Positions 1-8,405 of a stretch of 64,000 nt of DNA are shown piece after piece. The notes beneath the pieces are model-generated. The model ran no database searches and had not been told where the DNA came from. It saw nothing but the letters and a program-made list of their open reading frames with translations. The stretch is from contig SVGA01000015.1 of NCBI GenBank assembly GCA_015056575.1, forward strand, positions 1,370 to 65,369, read 5' to 3'. Made by a program: the position numbers and the translations under genes. The stretch is from Butyrivibrio sp. (lineage in GTDB: Bacteria > Bacillota > Clostridia > Lachnospirales > Lachnospiraceae). Position 1 is the first letter of the stretch, and each line of letters starts with the position of its first letter.

Positions 1-807
1 TACAACCTCTGTTGGATGGTAGTGTCCGTTATCCATAAGCGGGATGCACTTATCCTTGTGAGTTGCCGCAAAGCTCAGGGCAAACTCAGCACTTCCCACT
101 GTGTAGGACTCAACTCCGATGCCGAATACCTTGGACTCCACGCAGGGCTTGACCTGGTTAAAATCAAAGGGCTCTGACAGGATCTGCTCGATGGAATCCC
201 TGTAGCGGTCTCTTGGTCCCTTTCTGTCAGCAGGGATGTCCTTGAAACCGTCACCGGTCCAGATATTCATGACACAGGTTTCCCCAAGCTCCTTTGCAAG
301 ATATGAGGAAATGCGAATGCAGGCCTTGCCATGCTCTATCCAGAACTTTCTTGTCTCTTCATTCGGTGAAGAAAGAGTAAGTGGATCGCATTTGGGGTGC
401 GAGAAGAAAGTGGGATTAAAGTCACATCCAAGGTTTCTCTGCTTGCAGAAATCCACCCACTTTTTAAAGTGCTTCGGCTCAAGCCTGTCCCTGTCTACCC
501 ATCCTCCGTTCTCCTCATCGAAAATGGCGTAGCTGGCGTGAAGGTTAAGCTTGGCCTTTCCGGGGATGAGCTTTAAAACCTCATCAATATCAGCCATAAG
601 TTCCTGCGGATTTCCTGCTCTTCCGGGGTAATTTCCTGTTGTCTGAATTCCGCCTGTAAGGGGCTTTTCGGGGTCAGTGTCAAAACCTCTGACATCATCA
701 CCCTGCCAGCAGTGCAGCGCAATCTGCGCCTTTTTAAGTTTCTCCATCGCTGCCTCGGTATCAACACCAATTGCAGCATAGCTTTCTCTTGCGTTTTCGT
801 AGCTCAT
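1..807 (-). CDS. rhaA: L-rhamnose isomerase, first ~269 codons (gene runs off the window start)
   Basis: My own minus-strand translation from ATG 807..805 gives MSYENARESYAAIGVDTEAAMEKLKKAQIALHCWQGDDVRGFD...DNGHYHPTEVV, open to position 1. The HCWQGDD motif is typical of RhaA. A GGAGG SD lies ~8 nt upstream. The gene starts 18 nt after the rhaB stop. It is absent from the ORF track because no stop falls in the window. Confidence 0.85.
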   Translation of the reverse strand, partial: MSYENARESYAAIGVDTEAAMEKLKKAQIALHCWQGDDVRGFDTDPEKPLTGGIQTTGNYPGRAGNPQELMADIDEVLKLIPGKAKLNLHASYAIFDEENGGWVDRDRLEPKHFKKWVDFCKQRNLGCDFNPTFFSHPKCDPLTLSSPNEETRKFWIEHGKACIRISSYLAKELGETCVMNIWTGDGFKDIPADRKGPRDRYRDSIEQILSEPFDFNQVKPCVESKVFGIGVESYTVGSAEFALSFAATHKDKCIPLMDNGHYHPTEVV

Positions 808-825
808 CCGTAATCCTCCGTTTTA

Positions 826-2271
826 TTATCGATAAGTCTTTATGTCAAAACTGTTATAGATACAATCTCTTGCCCCGGAAAGGTCTTCAAATATGCCGGC
901 GCTTATCATCTGTACCACCAGGTTACCTATTGCGGTTCCCTCGATTGGACCGGCGTAAACAGGAAGCCCAAGAGCCTTGGCGGTAAGGCTGTTTAAATAC
1001 TCGTCCTGACACCCTCCGCCGATTATATTGATGCCGGTGATTCTTTTCCCGGTTATGTCTTCAAGCTTTCTTACGGTATCCCTGTAGCACAGTGCAAGTC
1101 CTTTGTAGACGCTCTGCATGATCTCTCCTACGCTTTGGGGCACCGGCATATCTTTCCTTTTGCAGTAGCTTTTTATGGCGTCTATCATGCTCTCCGGCGA
1201 GAGAAAAGAGTCATCATTGACATCTATTACTCCGGCAAAATCCTCGCATTTTTTTGCCTCTTCAATAAGGTCCGGGAAGCTGTAATTTCTGCCTGTGGCA
1301 TAACTGCTCTTTTTGCCCTTCACATATTCGCTGCCGTTGAGCTGCCGTCTTACTGACTGGATTATCCATAGCCCCATTATGTTCTTTAAGAATCTGTATC
1401 TGTAGAAAGCCCCGCCTTCATTGGTAAGGTTTTCTCTTCTTGCTTCCTCGGATATTATGGGAGATTTGCTCTCTATCCCAAGAAGACTCCAGGTCCCGCT
1501 GGAGAGATATACGGAAGTCTCATCCCTTGCGGGTACCGAGAGGAATGCAGACCCGGTGTCATGGGTTGCGGGCAGGATAACTGTGCTGCTAAAGCCCACT
1601 TCCCCGGCGATATCATCACTAAGCTTTCCGACTACGGTTCCCGGAAGTGAAAGCTCTCCGAAAAATCTTTGAGGAAGTCCCAGTTTATCTATCAGCTCTT
1701 TATCCCAGGTCTTTGTTCCGGCGTTCACAAGACCTGTGCTGGTGGCATTTGTATACTCCTGTTTCTTGACTTTCGTAAGAAGGAAATTAAGATAGTCCGG
1801 TATCATAAGAAGACTCTCTGCTTCCTCCAGGTCTTTGGGGCTTTCTTTTTTCAGCGCCATAAGCTGGAAAATAGTGTTGAATGGCTGCCTTTGAATCCCG
1901 GTTTTCTCATACAGCTCTTTTTCCGGGATGATCTCATAAACTTCTCTGTCCATGTTCGCGGTGCGCCCGTCCCTGTAGGAAACGGGATTTCCTATCATGC
2001 GGTCGTCCCTGTCAAGAAGCACAAAGTCCACAGCCCAGGTGTCGATGCCGATGGTATTGGGGATCATGTCCTGCTCTTTGCAGGCTTTAAGTCCCTCAAT
2101 AACTCCGCTTTGGAGGTTATCCATATCCCAGCACATATGCCCGTCTACCATAACCTGCCTGTTTTCAAACCTGTGCACCTCTTTAAGATGCATTCTTCCA
2201 CGGTCCACCCAGCCTATGATATGCCTTCCGCTGGAAGCCCCGATATCAATAGCAAGAAAATATTCATTCAT
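826..2271 (-). CDS. rhaB: rhamnulokinase (FGGY carbohydrate kinase)
   Basis: 481-aa ORF with an FGGY-type N terminus, LAIDIGASSGRHIIG. It lies immediately upstream of rhaA and divergent from an AraC regulator. Confidence 0.9.
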   Translation of the reverse strand: MNEYFLAIDIGASSGRHIIGWVDRGRMHLKEVHRFENRQVMVDGHMCWDMDNLQSGVIEGLKACKEQDMIPNTIGIDTWAVDFVLLDRDDRMIGNPVSYRDGRTANMDREVYEIIPEKELYEKTGIQRQPFNTIFQLMALKKESPKDLEEAESLLMIPDYLNFLLTKVKKQEYTNATSTGLVNAGTKTWDKELIDKLGLPQRFFGELSLPGTVVGKLSDDIAGEVGFSSTVILPATHDTGSAFLSVPARDETSVYLSSGTWSLLGIESKSPIISEEARRENLTNEGGAFYRYRFLKNIMGLWIIQSVRRQLNGSEYVKGKKSSYATGRNYSFPDLIEEAKKCEDFAGVIDVNDDSFLSPESMIDAIKSYCKRKDMPVPQSVGEIMQSVYKGLALCYRDTVRKLEDITGKRITGINIIGGGCQDEYLNSLTAKALGLPVYAGPIEGTAIGNLVVQMISAGIFEDLSGARDCIYNSFDIKTYR

Positions 2272-2334
2272 ATTTAACCCTCAATACAATTGTCATTTAT
2301 GATGCTATAATATTATGCGCAAGGCGTGTTTAAC

Positions 2335-2366
2335 AGAACCTTATCTATTGCAAAATAGAACCTTAT
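2335..2366. promoter_or_regulatory. Two perfect 10-bp direct repeats AGAACCTTAT spaced 22 bp start to start; candidate AraC-type operator in the rhaB/regulator divergent region
   Basis: AGAACCTTAT occurs at 2335..2344 and 2357..2366. Two helical turns is the spacing typical of AraC/RhaS half-sites. The repeats lie 64-95 bp from the rhaB start codon. Confidence 0.4.
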
Positions 2367-2389
2367 TTGACATAAAACGGAGTGATCCT

Positions 2390-3352
2390 ATGAGAGAAGA
2401 AATACTGGAGAATCTGTACAGGATAACAGAGGAAGAGGAGCAGCTTCTTAATGGCAGAAGCTCCATCCAAAAAGAGATCTACACCTCGGAGGATGAGTTT
2501 GTTGTGGACAGCAGCAAGCTTCTTGAACAGGGCAAGCTCATCGCCATCCGCCCCCACACCCGGTTTGCCTATTTCCCCGAGCACAGGCACAACTACATTG
2601 AAATGATGGTTATACTTAAGGGCAGCATCACCACCAGGATTGTCGACGGAGATACCCTCACCCTTACACAGGGGGATATCCTCCTTATGAACCGCCATGC
2701 CAGACATGAGATAATGCCCAGCGGCAGGGAGGATCTGGCCCTTAACTTCATAATCCTTCCGGAGTTCTTTACAAGAGGAAGTGCATCCTACGACAAGGAG
2801 AACATTCTCCGTGACTTTATCATCTCTTCCCTTTCTGATCAAAAGAGGCAGCGGGATTATCTCATCTATCACACCCTTGGCATCATCACGGTGGAAAATC
2901 TTATGGAGAACCTCATATGGACTCTTATCAATCATTCCAACGACATGAACCTGATAATCCTCACCACCATGGACCTTCTTCTCATGAATCTGGCTGCCCT
3001 GTCGGCGGATACCCTGAAAGACATGCGCTCCAAGGGTCAGAACATAACCATCTGTGCCCTGGAGTACATTGATCACAATTACAGAAATGGCACTCTTGAG
3101 GAATTTGCCAGTAAAAGCGGCTATACCACTGCATATTTAAGCCGCCTTCTAAAGAGCTATACGGGATACAATTTCAAACAGCTCCTGCAGCAGAGGAAGC
3201 TTCAGCAGGCTGCCTATTATCTCGAGAACACTACACTGACCACGGAGCGTATCATTGAGAAGATAGGCTACGAGAACAGTGCTTACTTCTATCGGGTTTT
3301 TGAAAAAAAATACGGCTGCTCCCCGCGGGTCTATCGCAAAAAGCACAGCTAA
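2390..3352 (+). CDS. AraC-family transcriptional regulator (cupin sensor plus C-terminal HTH), probable rhamnose regulator
   Basis: Cupin-like segment RPHTRFAYFPEHRHNYIEMMVIL, followed by the AraC HTH tail GYENSAYFYRVFEKKYGCSPRVYR. The start was moved to ATG 2390 (GGAG SD 7 nt upstream); the track ORF opens at 2315. Confidence 0.85.
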   Translation: MREEILENLYRITEEEEQLLNGRSSIQKEIYTSEDEFVVDSSKLLEQGKLIAIRPHTRFAYFPEHRHNYIEMMVILKGSITTRIVDGDTLTLTQGDILLMNRHARHEIMPSGREDLALNFIILPEFFTRGSASYDKENILRDFIISSLSDQKRQRDYLIYHTLGIITVENLMENLIWTLINHSNDMNLIILTTMDLLLMNLAALSADTLKDMRSKGQNITICALEYIDHNYRNGTLEEFASKSGYTTAYLSRLLKSYTGYNFKQLLQQRKLQQAAYYLENTTLTTERIIEKIGYENSAYFYRVFEKKYGCSPRVYRKKHS

Positions 3353-3353
3353 T

Positions 3354-3399
3354 AAAAAACGGCATGCAGCCTGTATTATATGGCTGCATGCCGTTTTTT
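3354..3399. terminator. Bidirectional intrinsic terminator between the AraC gene (+) and carB (-)
   Basis: 12-bp perfect stem CGGCATGCAGCC / GGCTGCATGCCG with a 10-nt loop, flanked by an A-run on the 5' side and a T-run on the 3' side. Confidence 0.85.
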
Positions 3400-3431
3400 A
3401 TTCTTATCTGATGTTCTCAAAAGAGCTGTCG

Positions 3432-6400
3432 TTAAATTTTCGCAATATCTATAAGTTCCAGGCCCTCTTCCGTACCTGCTGCCTCAAGGCTTGTTACCAG
3501 CGCTCTTGCAGTATCAAGCGCAGTGATGACATTTACTCCGGTCTCTATGGCTGTTCGCCTGATCAGGAATCCGTCACGGCTCTTGTCACGGCCCTGGGTA
3601 GGTGTATCGATAACAAGGTCGATCTTGTGTCCAAGGATAAGGTCGATCACCGTAGGAGATTCCTGGCTGATACGGTTTATCTTTCTGGCCTTTACACCGT
3701 TTTCGTTCAAGGTGTTGGCAGTGGACCTTGTGGCGTAGATGATGTAGCCGAGCTTCTCGTAGCGGCGGGCTATATCAATGACTTCACCCTTATCTGAGTC
3801 TTTTACCGTGATGATCATCTGCTTGTACTTGGGAAGGTTGATACCTGATCCAAGGAAAGCCTTGTAGAGGGCTTCGTTGAAGCTCTTGCTGATACCAAGG
3901 CACTCACCTGTACTCTTCATCTCAGGTCCGAGGCTTATCTCCGCTCCTCTTATCTTCTCAAAGGAGAACACAGGCATCTTTATGGCCACATAATTGGCTT
4001 CAGGCTGAAGTCCCGGTGTATATCCCAGGTCTTTAAGCTTCCTGCCCATCATGACCTCTGCTGCCAGATCAACAATGGGGATTCCCGTAACCTTGCTGAT
4101 ATAGGGCACAGTTCTTGAAGATCTGGGGTTAGCCTCAATGATGTAGACCTCATCTCCCACAGCTATGAACTGAACGTTTATAAGTCCGATGACATGAAGA
4201 GCCTTGGCAAGTCTTTTTGTGTACTCCGCAATAGTGTCTTTTACCTTTTGTGAAAGAGACTGTGCGGGATATACGGAGATTGAGTCTCCGGAGTGGATTC
4301 CGGACCTCTCGATATGCTCCATGATACCGGGGATAACGATGTCCTCGCCGTCGCACACAGCATCAACTTCCGTCTCAACGCCCTGAAGGTACTTGTCTAC
4401 AAGAATGGGGTGATCCTGAGCATATCTGTTGATGATGTTCATAAACTCCTCGATCTCATCATCGGAAAGAGCTATCTGCATACCCTGTCCGCCAAGCACG
4501 TAGGAAGGACGCACAAGAACGGGATATCCAAGGCGATTTGCAACTTCCTTGGCTTCCTCTGCGGTATATACCGTAGCACCCTGGGCGCGCTTTATCTGTG
4601 TCTCTTCAAGGATCCTGTCGAAGATCTCTCTGTCCTCCGCAGCATCAACGTCCTTGGCGTCGGTACCGTAGATCTTAACTCCCATCTTCATCAGGTCCTG
4701 AGTGAGCTTGATGGCTGTCTGTCCGCCGAACTGAACCACTGCTCCGTCGGGCTTTTCAAGGCGAACGATATTCTCAACATCCTCTGCTGTCAGAGGTTCA
4801 AAATAGAGCTTATCCGCAATGTCGAAGTCCGTGCTGACAGTCTCAGGATTGTTGTTGATAATGATGGTCTCAAATCCGGCTTTCTTGAAGGCCCAGGTGG
4901 CGTGTACCGAGCAGTAGTCAAACTCGATACCCTGGCCGATCCTGATGGGGCCTGAGCCAAGAACCAGTATCTTTTTCTTGTCTTTAGAAGAATTTAAAGC
5001 AGCCTCATCCTCTGAGTCGGGACCGTTGTAAACTGAGTAGTAATAAGGTGTCTGGGCAGCAAACTCAGCTGCACAGGTGTCAACGATCTTGAAAGTGGCA
5101 TGTATGTTGTACTCATCCCTGAGGGCCTTGAGGACCTCAACAGGGAATCTTGTAAATCTGCTTATTACGGTGTCAGGGAACTCCAGACGCTTTGCTTCCA
5201 GCATTGTCTCGAAGCTGATGATTTTTCTTGCATCCTCCAGGGTTCCTGCCATACCGGCGCTGTTCTTCTCGCCGATCCTAAGAAGCTTAAGCTCCATCTT
5301 GACCAGGGTATGAATCTTCTCTATAAACCAGTTATCGATCATGGTGATCTCATGGATCTTGTCATGACTAAAGCCCCTTGTCAGTGCCTCGGCGATAACC
5401 CAGATCCTCTGGTCGTCAACCACCTTAAGACGCTCCAAAAGCTCATCATCGTCAAGCTCTGAGAAGTCGTAGCTGGTAAGACAGTCTACATGCTGCTCAA
5501 GAGACCTTATGGCCTTCATCATGGCACCCTCAAAATTCGTGCAGATACTCATCACCTCACCGGTAGCCTTCATCTGTGTGGTAAGGGTTCTCTTGGCTGT
5601 AATGAACTTATCGAAGGGAAGTCTTGGGAACTTCACTACGCAGTAGTCCAGTGTGGGCTCAAAGCTGGCATAGGTCTTGCCTGTGATGGCATTCTTGATC
5701 TCATCCAGTGTATATCCAAGAGCTATCTTAGCCGCAACCTTGGCTATGGGATATCCGGTAGCCTTACTTGCCAGAGCTGAAGAACGGCTTACTCTGGGGT
5801 TAACCTCGATAACACAGTACTCAAAGCTTGTGGGATGCAGCGCAAACTGAACGTTGCAGCCTCCGGTGATCTTCAGCTCGTCAATGATGCTGAGTGCTGC
5901 GCTTCTGAGCATCTGATATTCCTTGTCGGAAAGAGTCTGCGAAGGAGCAACAACAATGGAATCACCTGTGTGAACGCCTACAGGATCGATGTTCTCCATA
6001 TTGCAGACGGTGATGCAGTTTCCCATGGAATCACGCATTACCTCGTACTCGATTTCCTTCCAGCCGGAAATGCATCTCTCAACAAGAACCTCATTGGCCC
6101 TTGAGAGCCTTAGACCGTTTTTGAGGATTTCCTCACACTCCGTCTGATCGTGAGCTATTCCGCCGCCGCTTCCTCCAAGGGTAAAAGCAGGACGCAGTAC
6201 CACGGGGTATCCGATCTGTCTTGCAAATGCAACGCCGTCCTCAACGTTGTGAACAACGGTAGATGCCGCTACAGGCTGGCCAAGCTTCTCCATGGTATCC
6301 TTGAATTCCTGCCTGTCCTCAGCCTTTCTGATGGTCTCGGCTGTGGTTCCAAGAAGCTTTACATTGTGAGACTTCAAAAATCCCGACTCATCCAGCTCCA

Positions 6401-6698
6401 TTCCAAGGTTAAGACCTGCCTGCCCTCCAAGGGTAGGAAGGATGGAATCCGGTTTCTCTTTTTCTATTATCTGTTCCAGGACCTTGACCGTAAGAGGCTC
6501 AATATACACCTCATCCGCAATGTCCTTGTCTGTCATGATGGTAGCAGGGTTTGAGTTTACGAGAACAACCTCAACTCCCTCTTCCTTAAGTGATCTGCAG
6601 GCCTGAGTTCCCGCATAGTCGAACTCCGCAGCCTGTCCTATTACAATGGGTCCTGAACCGATGACCAGAACCTTTTTAACGTCTTTATTCTTGGGCAT
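3432..6698 (-). CDS. carB: carbamoyl-phosphate synthase large subunit
   Basis: 1088 aa. The N terminus VLVIGSGPIVIGQAAEFDYAGTQA and the second repeat ILVLGSGPIRIGQGIEFDY show the duplicated ATP-grasp halves. Confidence 0.97.
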   Translation of the reverse strand: MPKNKDVKKVLVIGSGPIVIGQAAEFDYAGTQACRSLKEEGVEVVLVNSNPATIMTDKDIADEVYIEPLTVKVLEQIIEKEKPDSILPTLGGQAGLNLGMELDESGFLKSHNVKLLGTTAETIRKAEDRQEFKDTMEKLGQPVAASTVVHNVEDGVAFARQIGYPVVLRPAFTLGGSGGGIAHDQTECEEILKNGLRLSRANEVLVERCISGWKEIEYEVMRDSMGNCITVCNMENIDPVGVHTGDSIVVAPSQTLSDKEYQMLRSAALSIIDELKITGGCNVQFALHPTSFEYCVIEVNPRVSRSSALASKATGYPIAKVAAKIALGYTLDEIKNAITGKTYASFEPTLDYCVVKFPRLPFDKFITAKRTLTTQMKATGEVMSICTNFEGAMMKAIRSLEQHVDCLTSYDFSELDDDELLERLKVVDDQRIWVIAEALTRGFSHDKIHEITMIDNWFIEKIHTLVKMELKLLRIGEKNSAGMAGTLEDARKIISFETMLEAKRLEFPDTVISRFTRFPVEVLKALRDEYNIHATFKIVDTCAAEFAAQTPYYYSVYNGPDSEDEAALNSSKDKKKILVLGSGPIRIGQGIEFDYCSVHATWAFKKAGFETIIINNNPETVSTDFDIADKLYFEPLTAEDVENIVRLEKPDGAVVQFGGQTAIKLTQDLMKMGVKIYGTDAKDVDAAEDREIFDRILEETQIKRAQGATVYTAEEAKEVANRLGYPVLVRPSYVLGGQGMQIALSDDEIEEFMNIINRYAQDHPILVDKYLQGVETEVDAVCDGEDIVIPGIMEHIERSGIHSGDSISVYPAQSLSQKVKDTIAEYTKRLAKALHVIGLINVQFIAVGDEVYIIEANPRSSRTVPYISKVTGIPIVDLAAEVMMGRKLKDLGYTPGLQPEANYVAIKMPVFSFEKIRGAEISLGPEMKSTGECLGISKSFNEALYKAFLGSGINLPKYKQMIITVKDSDKGEVIDIARRYEKLGYIIYATRSTANTLNENGVKARKINRISQESPTVIDLILGHKIDLVIDTPTQGRDKSRDGFLIRRTAIETGVNVITALDTARALVTSLEAAGTEEGLELIDIAKI

Positions 6699-6730
6699 AT
6701 GTATAACCTTCCTTTACTTCCTCATGCCGA

Positions 6731-7960
6731 CTACTCGGAAACGCTTTTCTTGTTTATCGTTGTCGCACACATCATATCTATAAACCTGTCAAACAGGTAG
6801 CTTGAATCCTGTGGTCCCGGGCATGCTTCAGGATGGAACTGAACCGTGAAGATGTTCTTGCCCACATACTTAAGTCCCTCGTTGGTGCCGTCGTTTACAT
6901 TCACAAAGGCAGGCTCAGCCACCTTCGGGTCAAGGCTGTCTGTATCTACCGCGTAGCCGTGGTTCTGGGAAGAAATATAAACCCTTCCGTTCTCAAGATC
7001 CTTAACAGGGTGATTGCCTCCTCTGTGGCCGTACTTGAGCTTGTAGGTATCAGCCCCTGTTGCCAGAGCCATCAGCTGATGTCCAAGACAGATGGCAAAG
7101 ATCGGTACATCGGATTCGTAAAGTTTCTTTATCTCTTTAATTATCTGTGTGCATTCCTTGGGATCTCCCGGGCCGTTGGAAAGCATGATTCCATCGGGCT
7201 CATTCGCAAGTACCTCCTCAGCAGTGGTAGTACTTGGATAGATGGTAACATCGCATCCCCTGGCAGCCAGCGAAGAAGCAATATTCTTCTTGGCGCCGAA
7301 GTCAAGGAGCGCCACCTTGTATCCAAAGCCGCTTAACTCCTTAACATTGGAGGGCCTCATCTCTCTCTTGGTAAGGTCACCTCTTTTTGCAGCTTCATAT
7401 TTCTCCCTGTCAAAAGAGGCAGCTCCGGAAAGCGGACCGTTGTCGGCAAGATCCGTGGTTCCCACGATCACCTGCTTCTCGGTGCAGGATACCCTGCTTA
7501 CCACATCTCCTGTGGTGTAGGCCTTAAGCTTATCCTTTACATCCTCATATCTTATATTCTCATTGGTGGTGATATATCCGTTCATGGTGCCCTTCTCTCT
7601 AAGAAGACGCACCAGCTTTCTTGTATCTATACCTTCAATTCCCGGAATCTCGTATTTCTCCAAAAACTCCTGGACAGTGATGTCACATCTGAAGTTTGAA
7701 GCCACCTTCGAAAGCTCTCTGACAATCACAGCATCAACCCAGATCCTCTCGGACTCCATATCCTCCAGGCATACGCCGTAATTGCCGATCAGCGGGTAAG
7801 TCATACACACAGCCTGCCCCGCATAAGACGGATCTGTGAACACTTCAGTGTAACCGGCCATGGAAGTATTAAACACAACTTCACTTACCACATCCTTATC
7901 CACACCTATGTGCCTGCCCTCAAAGACAGTCCCATCCTCCAAAATCAAAAACGCTTTCAT
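6731..7960 (-). CDS. carA: carbamoyl-phosphate synthase small (glutaminase) subunit
   Basis: GATase triad motifs ICLGHQL and QFHPEA. The start was moved to ATG 7960 (MKAFLILEDGTVFEG, GGAGGA SD 10 nt upstream); the track ORF extends to 8026. Confidence 0.93.
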   Translation of the reverse strand: MKAFLILEDGTVFEGRHIGVDKDVVSEVVFNTSMAGYTEVFTDPSYAGQAVCMTYPLIGNYGVCLEDMESERIWVDAVIVRELSKVASNFRCDITVQEFLEKYEIPGIEGIDTRKLVRLLREKGTMNGYITTNENIRYEDVKDKLKAYTTGDVVSRVSCTEKQVIVGTTDLADNGPLSGAASFDREKYEAAKRGDLTKREMRPSNVKELSGFGYKVALLDFGAKKNIASSLAARGCDVTIYPSTTTAEEVLANEPDGIMLSNGPGDPKECTQIIKEIKKLYESDVPIFAICLGHQLMALATGADTYKLKYGHRGGNHPVKDLENGRVYISSQNHGYAVDTDSLDPKVAEPAFVNVNDGTNEGLKYVGKNIFTVQFHPEACPGPQDSSYLFDRFIDMMCATTINKKSVSE

Positions 7961-8010
7961 ATATCCTACTTCCTCCAAACTACTACTTGTATAACCGTAC
8001 GGCGCTTTAT

Positions 8011-8152
8011 ATGGGAAAATTTGCAAGTGCTCGACTCAGTTAGGCCAAACGCTTCATCGAGCCCTATACGCAATCGTTTCGCACAGAGGTGCTCACGATA
8101 GCAGGTCTCGATTCCGCGGCCTAAAAATCGCTCGCACTTTGCAAATTTTCCC
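8011..8152. repeat. Rod-like imperfect hairpin repeat, copy B (~142 nt)
   Basis: Outer arms TGGGAAAATTTGCAAGTGCTCG / CGCTCGCACTTTGCAAATTTTCCCA. Nested pairs TTAGGCC/GGCCTAA and ATCGAG/CTCGAT. The core resembles the reverse complement of the core of copy A. Confidence 0.7.
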
Positions 8153-8224
8153 AAGCAGCGCCTGTGCATCTATAAATGTACAAATTCGCCGTCGAGAATC
8201 AGCGCAGATTTCCTTGTAAGTGTG

Positions 8225-8397
8225 AGCTTTTGGGAATATCCGGCTAAAATTTTGTGAACCTTGCGATTTTTTATGCTACGGAGATGAGACCTGGTTATCG
8301 TAAGTGCCTATGCACGAAACGATAACCGCTTAGGGCTCATCGGAGTGTTCAGCATAACATGAGCAAGGGCACAAATTTTAGCCCTGATTCCCAAAAG
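8225..8397. repeat. Rod-like imperfect hairpin repeat, copy A (~173 nt), inverted relative to copy B
   Basis: Outer arms GCTTTTGGGAATATCCGGCTAAAATTTTGTGAACCTTGC / GCAAGGGCACAAATTTTAGCCCTGATTCCCAAAAGC. The inner structure is GATGAG...GGTTATCGT-loop-ACGATAACC...CTCATC. It begins 8 nt after the purL stop. Confidence 0.7.
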
Positions 8398-8405
8398 CGT
8401 ACTCA

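Noticed and set aside
8011-8397. PyrR-type attenuator or other riboswitch in front of carA
   Set aside because: The only CAGAGG-like string (CACAGAGGTG, about 8081..8090) is on the strand antisense to carA. The structures are better explained as two inverted copies of a hairpin repeat.
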